Shown here piece after piece: positions 39,267 to 51,599 of a stretch of 64,000 nt of DNA. Each line of letters starts with the position of its first letter. Position 1 is the stretch's first letter. The notes beneath the pieces are model-generated. The model worked only from the letters and a program-made list of their open reading frames with translations. It did not search any database and was not told the DNA's origin. The position numbers and the translations under genes were made by a program. The DNA comes from Octopus sinensis (Eukaryota), in contig NC_043021.1 in the NCBI RefSeq assembly GCF_006345805.1, positions 10,044,001 through 10,108,000 of the forward strand. The letters are read 5' to 3'.

Positions 39267-39708
39267 CTATTTGCAAATTATATAAAGAACATCATTTGAA
39301 AATTTCATTAAAGAAACATCTATTTTTTTCTGGAAGTTATGAGGCAATACTGTCCTGGATATATAAAGGAGAGTTATAGCCAGAATGTCAAAGATCATAG
39401 ATCTCTGATTTGTCAAATAAAGCATTGTTGAACAGATTTTAGACAGTAACGTATGGATAACTCCCTCCACCTCCCTACAACCAGCCGCTCTGCTAAAACC
39501 CGAATCCACAAAACGAATACAAGTTTGTTGGTTATAAACGAGACTTATAAATAGATTTTTAAGAGATATACTTGAATTTTACTCTTTCAAATTAAATGTT
39601 ACACCATGGTGATTATTGCACGAGTTTCTTAACGTGCTTGAGTAATAAATATTTGTCGTTCTCCTGAGAGAAACACATGTATGAGAGAGGCAGGATGAGA
39701 GAGACAGC

Positions 39709-39745
<37 letters not shown>

Positions 39746-39947
39746 CAGAGACAGAACGAGAGAGAGAGAGGGGGTGAGAGAGCAAAAGATAGAAAAAAAT
39801 TAAGGCAAATGTACAACGAATGAGGAAGAAAAAGAGACAGAGAGAGTGACACATCACACATATACATAGAGAAAGAGAAAGTAGCAAACAGAGAGAGGTG
39901 GCGGGAGGAAGCTAGTGAGTGTGTGTGAGCGAGAAAGTGTGTATGTA

Positions 39948-39998
<51 letters not shown>

Positions 39999-40519
39999 CA
40001 GAGAGTGTGTGCGTGTGTAAAGTAACAAAGCGAGCAACTATCTTCAACGTTTTGACTTGTCAGTTTATTTATTAAACTTATAAAACACTTCCTCTTTTGT
40101 ATTATTCGCCACCTTATTGTTTTTTTTTATTTTTGTTTTATTTCCCCTAGTTATTTCACAATCTCACACACCACACATGCACACACACATGCATACACGC
40201 ACATGCGCATACATGCATACACGCACATGCGCATACATGCATACACGTACCTCCCACCTCACCTCCATCCCCCACACACATAACACACACACACACACAC
40301 GCGCGCGCTCCGCTCATACACAGTAGCGAGTTCGAAGAATCGGACCTGTAGCTTAGCATGCCGAAACTTCAAAGCCACGTCACTCCTCTTCGTGAGAGAA
40401 AAAAAAAAAATCACTAACCATGCACTCTACAAAACGTCTTGAATAACTCTTAAGCTTAATATTTATTTGTTTTTATTATAAACTCGAGATGTAAACAAAC
40501 ATTAAAATACATGTGCACC

Positions 40520-41335
40520 AAGGCGGTGAGCTAATAGAAATGTTAGCATGCCAGGCGAAATGCTTACAGGTATTTCGTCTGCCATTACGTTGTGAGTTCA
40601 AATTCCGCCGAGGTCGACTTTGCCTTCCATCCTTTCGGGGTCGATAAATTAAGTACCAGTTACGCACTGGGGTCGATGTAATCGACTTAATGCCTATGTC
40701 TGTCCTTGTTTGTCCCTTCTGTGTTTAGCCCCTTGTGGGTAATAAAGAAATATGTATTTCGTCAGTCTTTACGTTCTGAGTTCAAATTCCGCCGAGGTCG
40801 ACTTTGCCTTCCATCCTTTCGGGGTCGATAAATTAAGTACCAGTTACGCACTGGGGTCGATGTAATCGACTTAATGCCTATGTCTGTCCTTGTTTGTCCC
40901 CTCTATGTTTAGCCCCTTGTGTGTAATAAAGAAATAGGTATTTCGTCTGCCATTACGTTCTGAGTTCAAATTCCGCCGAGGTCGACTTTGCCTTTCATTC
41001 TTTTGGAGTCGATAAAATAAGTACCAGTTACGCACTGGAGTCGATATAATCGACTTAATCACTTTGTCTGTCCTTCTTTGTCCCCTCTATGTTTAGCCCC
41101 TTGTGGGCAATAAATAAATAAGAAACGTTAGCACGCCGGGCAAAGAAAAATGCTTAGAGAGCTTTCGTCCGTTTTACGTTCTCAGTTCAAATACCGTCAG
41201 GGTCGACTTTGGCTTTTATCCTTTCGGGAGTCGATAAAGTAAGTACCAGTTGATCACTGGAATCGATATAATCGACTGAACCCTTCTCCTAAACCTGCAG
41301 ACCTTTTGCCAAACTTTGAAATCAGTATTAGGTGG
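40520..41335 (+). mobile_element. SINE-B tandem array: headed unit, two headless 184-bp units, and a fourth short-tail copy
   Basis: GTATTTCGTC restarts at 40570, 40754 and 40938; the fourth copy starts AGAAACGTTAGCACGCC at about 41121. Confidence 0.9.
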
Positions 41336-41440
41336 GGTATATTTATGTGAATGTGCGCGCGCGTATGTATATACATATATAACTTGTATGTATATACATA
41401 TATAACTTATATGTATATGCATATATAACTTATATATATA

Positions 41441-42065
41441 TAGGCGCAGGAGTTGCTGTGTTGTAAGTAGCTCGCTAACCAACCACATGCGTGGCACCTT
41501 GAGCAAGTGTCTTCTACTATAGCCTCGGGCCGACCAAAGCCTTGTGAGTGGATTTGGTAGACGGAAACTGAAAGAAGCCTGTCGTATATTATATGTATAT
41601 ATATATGTGCGTGTGTGTATGTGTGTGTGTCCCAACATCGCTTGACATCGATGCTGGTGTGTTTACATCCCCGTAACTTAGCGGTTCGGCAAAAGACGCC
41701 GATAGAATAAGTTCTAGGCTTACAAAGAATAAGTTCTGGGGTCGATTTGCTCGACTAAAGGCGGTGCTCCTGCATGGCCGCAGTCAAAATGACTGAAACG
41801 AATAAAAGAATATATATGCACACATACCTATATGTATGCGTATATATAAATATTCTTTTATTCTTTTACTTGTTTCAGTCATTTGACTACGGCCATGCTG
41901 GAGCACCGCCTTTAGTCGAGCAAATCGACTCCAGAACTTATTCTTTGTAAGCCTAGTACTTATTCTATCAGCGTATTTTGCCGAACCGCTAGGTTGCGGG
42001 GAATTAAACCCGCCAGCATGGGTTGTCAAACGATGTTTGGGGGGGGGGGCAAACACAGACACACA
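41441..42065. mobile_element. SINE-A full length (+, 41441-41810) tail-to-tail with a SINE-A 3' half (-, 41855-42065)
   Basis: Family matches. Confidence 0.85.
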
Positions 42066-42284
42066 TACACACTGATGTATATACATACATACATTTTTGT
42101 ATATGTGTGCGCATGTATGTGTCTGTGCGTTTTGGTTCCCACCTCTGTTTGACAACGCTGTTGGTTTGCTTATATCCCCGTAATGTAACGTGTAGATAAT
42201 AGAGACCGATAAAATAAGAGATTGATTTGCTTGACTAAAAACCTTGAAGGCGGTTTTATTATATTCGAGTGCTACTGGTAACAT

Positions 42285-42620
42285 GTAACCCAGTACAACC
42301 TGTTGCATGGTCGGGTCGTCGGCGACTAAACCGGCAACCCCACCAAGCTTGTTTGGTGAGGAGGGTGTTTACTGGACACCCTGCGGGATGAAAAACAAAA
42401 TCCGTCAAAGGGCGGAGGAACTCTTGAGAGTCAACGGCCATTCAATAAATGTCTTAAGGCTGTATCTTGCGCGGGGACTGAATACCCGATCGCGCGGTTA
42501 AACCATTGGGAGTGAAGGACTCCTAGCCTTTGTTAAGGCATCCTTCTAGGAGAAGGTAACTCAGGTAACTGGGATAACTCCGACATAAAACCTGCGGCTC
42601 AGTGGTTACCGATAATGTTG
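42285..42620 (+). mobile_element. Possible RTE LINE 5' UTR fragment
   Basis: CpG-rich segment with aaagggcggaggaactcttgagagtcaacggc and ggagaagg..actccgacataaaacc, recalled as typical of RTE 5' UTRs; not verified by search. Confidence 0.35.
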
Positions 42621-42734
42621 ACTTGTTCTTCTTTTCGGATTATAGCTGCTGTTGCTTAGTGAGTGGGATTGACTCAGTGCACGGCTTTTCCTCACTTTAA
42701 AAAAATCTTCTTGCACAGACATTGCCAAGTTTTT

Positions 42735-43385
42735 TTTGTTTTTTTTCCATCTAAAATATACTCTCCTTCATTTCTGCAATGCGCTTCCATCTATCTCGAA
42801 GACTTGCAAGGCCCCTGTTCCAAAATTCACTTGTACTGTTCTGACCTCGTCTACAGAATTCGTATTTTTTCCGTCCAAATGATTTTGAAGACTGCAGAAT
42901 AAATGACAATCAGATGGGGCAATGTCCGGCGAATATGGTGGGTGGGGGCATCGTTTCCCTTTCAAACTGCTCCTGCCTTTGGAATGTCATCCTCGTTGTA
43001 TGTGACCGAGCGTTATCTTGATGAAAGAGCGAACACCTTTCTTCTTGAAACCAAACATGGTCGTTTTTCTTCTAGCGCTGACTTGAATGACTGTTTGAAT
43101 GACCAAATCCAAGCTTCTCTGCGAGCTCTTCAACAGTTACGATGGGATTTTGTTCCACCAGGGTTTGCAGAAAGTCCTCGTCGAGCCCTACAGATCTTCC
43201 AGGAAGTGGCTCGACTTCTAGGCTGTAGCTTCCGGCTCAGAATTTCTGGAACCGCCGTTGACACTGGCTCACGCTTATTCTCCGATCCCCATATACTGCA
43301 TTAATATTCCACACACTTTCCATTGCGCTGTTGCCTTTATTGAATTCATAAAGCAAAATATGCCAAATATACTCCTTTGCCACTT
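42735..43385 (-). mobile_element. Internally deleted mariner remnant
   Basis: ..HILLYEFNKGNSA..AVYGDRRISVSQCQRRFQKF.., then HQDNARS, PHPPYSPDIAPSDCHLF, FWNRGLASLRDRW; the DEKW region is missing. Confidence 0.85.
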
Positions 43386-43584
43386 CCACTATAACTTTGA
43401 AAAAATAACTGTTAAAATTGAACTGAACTCTTCAAAACTTGCACTAAGAAAGAGATTAAGGCAAAATTAGTACCTGCTTTTATAGCAAGTTGATGCAGGT
43501 AGTTTATCCCTCCCTCCCACCACCAACTTTTAGTTCATGCAATTGAAAAAAACACATTATTTACGGAATGACCCAATATATATA

Positions 43585-43928
43585 TTCTGAGACCCCCTTC
43601 GGTCAAGACACAGATAATGGGATTGCACCGAGAAAGTTACCCTCCCAGGCACAAGTCCGGGCAAGGTTGTTTATGGAAGACCAGCAGTCGCCCATGCATA
43701 CCAGCCTCCCCTCTCCACGCCACCGATGTTATCCAAGGGAAAGGCAAAGGGGCCGATACAGCTTGGCACCTGTGACATCGCAACTCGTTTCTGCAGCCGA
43801 GTGAACTAGTGCAACGTGAAATAAAGTGTCTTGCTCAAGAACACAACACGCAGCCCGGTCCAGGATTCGAGCTCACAACATCACGATCGTAAGCTCGACG
43901 CTCTAACCATTGAGCCATGCGCGTTCAC
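43585..43928 (-). mobile_element. tRNA-derived SINE (SINE-C-related head/core, different tail)
   Basis: Minus strand: GCGCATGGCTCAATGGTTAGAGCG..CTCGAATCCTGGACCGGG..GTGTTGTGTTCTTGAGCAAGACACTTTATTTCACGTTGC; a partial copy is at 22790-22905. Confidence 0.8.
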
Positions 43929-44337
43929 ATATATATATGTATATATAGATTTTGTAGACAGAAACTGGAAGAAGCCTGTCGTATATATGTGTGTGCGTGT
44001 GTGTGTGTTTGTCCACACACCCATCACTTGACAACCGATGCTGGTGTGTTCATGTCCCCGAAACTTAGCGGTTCGGCGAAAGAGACTGCTACAATAAGTA
44101 CTAGGCTTACAAAGAATAAGTCCTAGGGTCGATTTGTTCAACTAAAGTCGGTGCTCCAACATGGCTGCAGTCAAATGGCTGCAGTCAAATGACTGAAACA
44201 ATTTTTTAAATGCATATATATATATGTGTGTGTGTATGTGTGTGTGCACGCATGTGTGTATGTGTGTGTGTAAGTCGTCCACGATTCCATAAGTCAGGGA
44301 AAAAATGTCCTATCTGTTAATAGAGTGGGTGTATATA

Positions 44338-44432
<95 letters not shown>

Positions 44433-44504
44433 GTATGTATGTATGTATGTATATATATATAGACATACACACACACATATATATATATGTATGCATGCAT
44501 GTAC

Positions 44505-44537
<33 letters not shown>

Positions 44538-44690
44538 TATATATGTATGTATTTATCTATCTATCTATCTGTTTATATATATATATATATATATATATTG
44601 ATAAAACGGTAAGATAACAAAAGAAAGAAAGAGACCTCAATATTATGTAAATAGAGGAAATTTATCTATACAATATGTTACATTACTCGG

Positions 44691-44764
44691 TAGTCAAGAT
44701 AAAACTCTGAGTTTCAGATGCCGAAGTGGAAATCCACAACACCATCTCTTCGGTTATCTGGCTA
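44691..44764 (-). ncRNA. Type I hammerhead-ribozyme-like motif (variant core) in the Penelope pLTR
   Basis: Minus strand: TAGCCAGATAA-CCGAAGA-GATG..CATC-T-GAAAC-TCAGA-GTT-TTATCTTGACTA; stem I AGATAA/TTATCT, stem II GATG/CATC, palindromic stem III AAACTC-A-GAGTTT. Confidence 0.5.
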
Positions 44765-46853
44765 TTTGAAAACGTTATGAAAAAATACCGTTAAAAATGA
44801 AGGGAAATTACTCTGTTATAACTCTGCTTTGCCTGCGTACTTATACATCGCTCGCATTTTTCGTCATAAAAATTATATAAAAATACATAAAAATATATAA
44901 AAATATATAAAAATATATAAAATCTTGGGACATAACACAGAAAGCATGTTCTATCCGTTTTCTTTAGGGGACCAAAAGCGTAACAGAAATTTAGTCACAT
45001 GTGGGCATGATCCGAAAAGCTCTGTCCTTGTATTTAGACATGTGGTAGGGTCTAAGCTGCTTTTCCAGATAAGCCATCTCTCCATGTCGCATAAACCGCA
45101 CCTTCCGCTGCCGTTAGTATAGGGCTTACATCTGGCCAAAATCTTCCATTGTATGTTATAATCGACACCTTTATCTCTTAAAGACCAAATATGATTGGAT
45201 AATTGTGTCGCTTTTCTTTAGTTCCAGTGCCTAAAGCTCAAAGTGGTTATTGAACCTGGCCTTGAAATTACCCCCTGTCAGGCCCACGTATTTCTTCGTC
45301 GAAACGGTGTCTTTAGTGGTTATAGAGTTTACGGTAGCTTCATATATGATGGTCTTGGACATGCAAGCTCCATTTAGCGGGCACAATTCTTTATTCCTGC
45401 ATGAACAGCTGTTTTCTTCTTGTGTTTTTTGTATGTTATGATTGATTATGTTTTTAAAATTGGTAGTTGAACTAAAACTAATTTTTAAATTGTGTCTATT
45501 GAAGAGTTTCCTATAAGCATGGTTAACTGGAAAATGTCTATCTATCAGTGCTAGGAAATATTTACCTATATTGAAGGCCACCTCGGGTGAGTAAGGGGGC
45601 GTAAACCAGATGACCTTCCTATTTCTATTATTCCTTTTCCTTATTGTTGGGCTGGTGATAGGTGTATATTTTATTTTTTCGCTAAAACCACTATCTTTTA
45701 AAGCTTTATTATAAACTGGGGCAACGCTATTGAAGATGTCCTCATTAGATGAGAGGCTAGAAATCCTCTTACTAATATTTTTAACTAATTTTTGAATACT
45801 ATAGGGGGATGGCATGAACCTACATTAATATAACTTAGTCTATCATTGGGCTTCCTATAAGGCTTATAAATATTATTATTAAGATCTAAGGAAACGTCTA
45901 AGAAATTGACAACCGTCAGGTTAGTGTCTATAGTTATACTAAGTCCGAAGTGTTTCATTAACTGGATAATATCCTTCCTAAAACGATCTTGTGCTGGTCC
46001 ATTTGTATTAGCTGTTAAGGCGAGGGCATCATCTTTGTAGATGGCGAAATGTACGTTAGGGAATGTCTTACCGAAGGTATCTAGGAGAAAGAGTCCAATT
46101 AGATCACAGATGCCTGCCCCATCATATGAACCCATGCTCACATCGAAAGCGCCCTCCGCGTCGGTGTTTTTTACCCACTTTGCATTCTCACTGAAAAGTA
46201 ATGTCTTTCTAGCATGGAAGATTATATCCTTATCATTGGTACTAATTTCTATGAAGTCGCTAGCGAAGATTAGGGCTTTATCTAGCAGTTCTTTAGAGAT
46301 AGAGGCATAAAAATCAACAATATCGAATTGTGTAAACCTCGCTTTTTTCTTATTCTTAATAGCTTTAAACCAGTCTACGACTTCTATACTATTGGACCAT
46401 TGCACTAGCCTAGTATCGGTCTTAATTTTCGTATTTATTTTATCTAAAATTTCTTTGCTAATAATCCCTAGTTCTGACTTGGCTGGGTTGATAAGCCTAC
46501 ATTTAGGGTTGGAAAGGAAGTTTTCTTTGTGGTCTTTAATAGTAATAAAGGCCTCTTTTTGGGGAGGGTTTCTATTTTTTTATCTAATTTAAGTTTAGCG
46601 GCGATGACGCTAGCTTCTTTATTAATTTCGTTATATGTCTGTGCCCTAGCCTTAGTATAATTATTAATGATGCTGTTGTGTAAGAGTTGTGTGTATTTGC
46701 TGTTATCTACCAGGTATAAGTTCTTGGTTTTATCCGAAAAAAGTGCTTTTTTCTTGGAGCTTTTTATATGATCAATATCTTTTTTCAATTTATGTTGGAA
46801 ATTGTTAAAAGACTTACGAAACTTTATTTTGCTCATGATCTTACACAACAGCA

Positions 46854-46909
46854 TCCACTTCGACATCTGAAACTCAGAGTTTTATCTTGACTACCGAGTA
46901 ATGTAACAT

Positions 46910-46917
<8 letters not shown>
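46854..46917 (+). repeat. 64-bp inverted pLTR copy at the truncated 5' end of the Penelope element
   Basis: Reverse complement of 44667-44730 with one mismatch. Confidence 0.9.
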
Positions 46918-46994
<77 letters not shown>

Positions 46995-47309
46995 TATATA
47001 TACATGCATATATAAGCATATATGCATACATGCATATATAAGAATATATGCATTAAGAGGTTTGTTATGACCGGTCAGCGTTACCATTGGTTCGCATCTT
47101 TAAAGTGCCTAGATATATAGGTAACTCGTCCATCAAACTCAAATGGCCGGAGGCACAGACCCTCTCCACACACACACACACACACCACACACACACACAC
47201 GCACATACATATACACACGCAGACGCATTAAGATAAATTTTTGTACGCACACATACTACGCGTGTGGTATATATATATATATAATATATATATATATATA
47301 TAATATATA

Positions 47310-47373
<64 letters not shown>

Positions 47374-47504
47374 GTTACACCTTTTCTGCAGCCCGGAACC
47401 ATCAGAAGACATCATTTTAAGCAAACTTCGGAAAGACGACGATCTGAAAACGAAAAAAAAAAAATGTCGGTCAATTATGGGAGACCACCATACCTTATAT
47501 AGTG

Positions 47505-47535
47505 TTGTAGGCGGAGTTACGCATGCGCACTGGTC
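47505..47535. promoter_or_regulatory. Candidate promoter: GC-box-like AGGCGGAG and NRF1-like TACGCATGCGCA
   Basis: Motifs at 47509-47516 and 47518-47529 in unique, CpG-containing sequence flanked by splice signals on both strands. Confidence 0.5.
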
Positions 47536-47647
47536 TTTGTTGCTGTTCAAAACAGCTGTGTTGGGAGTTGCACCATTTTCATTCTACAATATGGTTAGAA
47601 GTGAGAAGAAGCATAAAATGCAAAGGCGCCGCGGCGATGTCTGTCAG
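47535..47647 (+). other. Candidate first exon (5' boundary approximate)
   Basis: Ends in a perfect donor CAG|GTGAGT at 47647/47648, followed by T-rich intron-like DNA. Confidence 0.5.
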
Positions 47648-49598
47648 GTGAGTTTTCCTTTTATTTTTTTTTTCCCCTATCATATTATTTTCAATATTCT
47701 TGTTATTATTGATGGCTTTTCGGCCCCGCAGTAGCTAGATCTACATTATTTAATAACGTATCCCTTATTTTTTTTAAATCAACAAAAAAAAAACGGTTAG
47801 TTTGCATTATTTGAAATAGATTTTGATGCTTTGTTTAGCAAGGTTGAGCAATCTTGTAGAAAGAATCCTTCGTTAGCTCGATTTCTTTGTTGTTGTTGTT
47901 TTCTTTTTTTAACTATAACCGATCATTTCTTTTGGGTCAAAGACGTTCCAACCGTGAGCATCCCGCTAACCCCCCTCCCTCCCCCGCACACACAGCAGAA
48001 TCAAAGTGTACCTAGGACCATATTATTTCTGTATCTTTTCCTTATTCCAGACAGTAAGGAGGGAAGGTGCGATTTTTAAAGAGAGATTTGACTGCTATTT
48101 CTAGCATCGATCAGACTCACTCGTTGACTCAGTGCATTTCTATTTATCGATCTGGTTTCTTGTAAAATTTCATCCCTGTTTTCTTAGGTTGTTCTAAATA
48201 TGATCATCTGATCGGTTTGTTTTTGTACTTACGAATACATTATTCAATTATATTCTTTTGTTTTTCCTCTTTCTTTCTCTAATTGGCGCATAATTAGAGT
48301 AGATTCGGCTTCCATGTCTAGCAGTTTCTCTCTCATTGAATAGATTTACCTCTATTTTATTTTTTAATGCAATGGCTTTCCTTCCTCCATTTTACTGAGC
48401 GTAAATTCTTACATAAATATTATGACAGTTTTTATTTTTTTTTATTTTAACAAAATACAAATACAAACCAAGTTTGGACTCCATTGTTTACTTTCCGCAT
48501 TTAAACATACACCTGTCAAAGAACCTGTATTTATTTTGTGGTCGTGCGTCTGCATGTGAATTTTTAACAAGGTTTCTTCAAAATTTTTTTTTATATATTA
48601 GACTGTCAATCAAAGCTATTAAAATTAACCATCAACATCAATATTATTTTCCTTTGGCTTGGTGGCTTTGGATTTATTTTATTCTAGGTAGAGTTTGTGT
48701 GCACTTGTATCCTTAGATATCCACATGATTTGAAAAAGCCATCAAGTGCTCACGATCCTTCTGATGATCTTCCATTTTTAGGTACTAGGCAAACCTTATT
48801 ATCATCGGCATCATCCTTATCTTAAAATTATTTATTAAATTGGGAATATATCGGTAGAGAGAGAGAGAAGGAATTGATGTTCTGTGTACATCTACTGTTG
48901 TCATCATCGTTTATTTTTATTTTCATTCTTCCAGTTTTTAGGATCGATAATACACAGATAGACCAAATGAAAAATTGATATTCTCCTTCACTGCAAATTT
49001 TTTTTCTCGTTCCATCAAGAACTCCTGACATAATAATAATAAAAATAAAAGAGACCAATGATCAACGGCGTTCTAGTTATGACCATCCCGTCAATTTTAT
49101 TGTGCATATCAGTTATTACATAGTTCTGTATATCCCTCCGTTTTTTGGGGTTTTTTTTTTCCTTTTTAGTAGACTGTATACTGCTGTATATGTGGGAGGA
49201 TTTGAGAGGTAGGTTTGGTTGCTATTTTTAGCAGATCGTGTGATGGCACAAAATGCTTCCCCTTTCCTGACCCCATTCGTAATAAAATAGACTTTCATCA
49301 TTTCAAAACGGAATGATGAAATCGCTACGACATGATCCTTATTTACCTTTTCTTCTAAAATTGTAATTCGATAAACATATTGTTTGTTTGTACTTATTCG
49401 AATGTTAAAATTCATTCAGTGACTCTCTCTCTTTCTTTCTCGCTCTCTCTGTATATATATATATATATATATATATAATTGTCAATAATAATATAGGGTG
49501 AAATTAATTAATTTGGAATAATCATTAATTTCATAACTCTTTGACTGCTATTTCTAAATTCGGTGTGTGGTGAGGCAAATCGTTGCTAAACCCTTAAT

Positions 49599-49650
<52 letters not shown>

Positions 49651-49847
49651 TGATGATATATAAACAGACAGCCATCAACATTTTCTATCCTAAGGGGTTT
49701 TCAGCCCTAGATTTACACGCTACTATTTACAGATTTATCTCCGAGTTCCAATGTCCCCCCACAAAAATTAATTACTTAAATGCCCCTCATAAAGTTTCTA
49801 AAATTCTTTTGACGTCAACTGTATTTTTAAAGATAGATAGATGTGTG

Positions 49848-49880
<33 letters not shown>

Positions 49881-50198
49881 TAATATTCCTAACTTTAATT
49901 TTAATATATTCAAAATGAAATTGTGGTGCTGGTTGCCATGTCTGTTAGCGAGGGGGCGAGAGAGGGATTATCACTGAACCATAGCGAACAATCGCTTAAA
50001 GTGCGTTGGCGATAACAATTTATTGTTTTCCTATAATTTCTTTATCTCCCTGCGCCTCCCGTGCATCTCTCTTTATTATTATCATTATGCAACTTAGAAT
50101 ATGAAAATATTGATCTTCACTGATGTCGACAAACCAGTTTATAAATCAGAAAAATAAAAAATAGAACAAACCGGCTTCGAGAACTCAAGCACGGCAGG

Positions 50199-50270
<72 letters not shown>

Positions 50271-50523
50271 TTTCCAGTATTATTTTCATATTTTGCTGCT
50301 GGACAGACTTGATCTAACTAACTTATGAGCAAAGGTGTTGCCACCGTGACCGTTCCGTCCTTTGGTGGGGTTGTTTATTGTATCTGAAACTACACTAAAG
50401 AATGCGTCACTCTTCCCCACCCAGCTTTCTCTGAAGATTGAGGGAGATTTGGCTGCCATTTATAGAAGGCTGAGCGACTTTGCAGACCCACTCTCGATAT
50501 ATAATATATATATATATATATAT

Positions 50524-50597
<74 letters not shown>

Positions 50598-50811
50598 TGT
50601 GGGAACGGCATGTGCGTGATTTAAAGGAGATTTAGCTACTAATTTCTAAGTGTCGCGATCACGCGGTTGCTCCTCCTTTGTTAAACATTAATCATCAATT
50701 GCATTTTCAGATTTTGTGTGTGAGCATGTGTCTATCTATCTATCTATCTATCATCTGTCTGTCTGTCTATCTATATCTCTCTATATCTATCTATCTATAT
50801 ATATATATATA

Positions 50812-50867
<56 letters not shown>

Positions 50868-51061
50868 TACACACTCACAAAACTATATCAAATATCAAGG
50901 TATATATACGTACGAAATAATATACACACGTGTGCGAGGCGAGGGGGATTGTAGGTAGGTAGATACATGCACACGTATATATATATATATATATTAAAAA
51001 AAACGTTGCTTAAAAGAAAGAAGTTTGTTTAATACTCTCAACCAATTCCTATGCAACCATT

Positions 51062-51124
<63 letters not shown>

Positions 51125-51599
51125 AACTGCCGTCATATTTAAATTACGTCCGTTTTTCCTAGTTGTTAAGGTATTTTTTTATATTATTAAACATTCAGAT
51201 TGAGTCAGTGAACTCAGATGTAATCCTCATCAAATAACCATTTCGAGGAACATGACCCAGTTCGATAGTAATTTCCTTTTCTTATCCACCCCCCCCGCGT
51301 GATGACGATAAGAAGAGAAAAAAAACTAAATGCATAATATATAAAGCTGAATATATATATATGTGTGTATATATGAATCGTCATATGTAGTATATATTAA
51401 GGAGTGGCAAGGCAATTTTTGTGGGGTTTAGTAGAAGAGATAAGAATGGCGATCAATTATAGTTTGTGAAATGTGCAAAATAGAACACCTAAATACAAAA
51501 TGCTTTTAAAAACATTTCTTCTTTCTGTTCGTTTCTCATGTATGTTGTTTTTGTGTCCTTATGTGGTTACAAATTAGTGCTATTATCACGATCATCGCC

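Larger units (their letters stand above)
44667..46917 (-). mobile_element. Penelope-like retroelement (RT + C-terminal GIY-YIG endonuclease), 5'-truncated and frameshifted, possibly Naiad/Neptune-type
   Basis: PKCRLINPAKSELG, QFDIVDFY, SMGSYDG, IYKDD, NFLDVSLDL, YRKPN, HPP (RT); CSCRNKELCPLNGAC, IYEATV..KYVGLT..FKARFNNH, CGLCDMERWLI (endonuclease). At least 3 frameshifts. Confidence 0.93.

Noticed and set aside
36511-41120. CRISPR-like appearance of regularly spaced repeats
   Set aside because: Units are contiguous 184-bp SINE copies without unique spacers; eukaryotic context and no cas genes.
45360-45420. Selenocysteine (UGA) codons in the Penelope Cys cluster, as reported for some Naiad elements
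   Set aside because: All four Cys in CSCRNKELCPLNGAC and both in CGLC are TGT/TGC codons.
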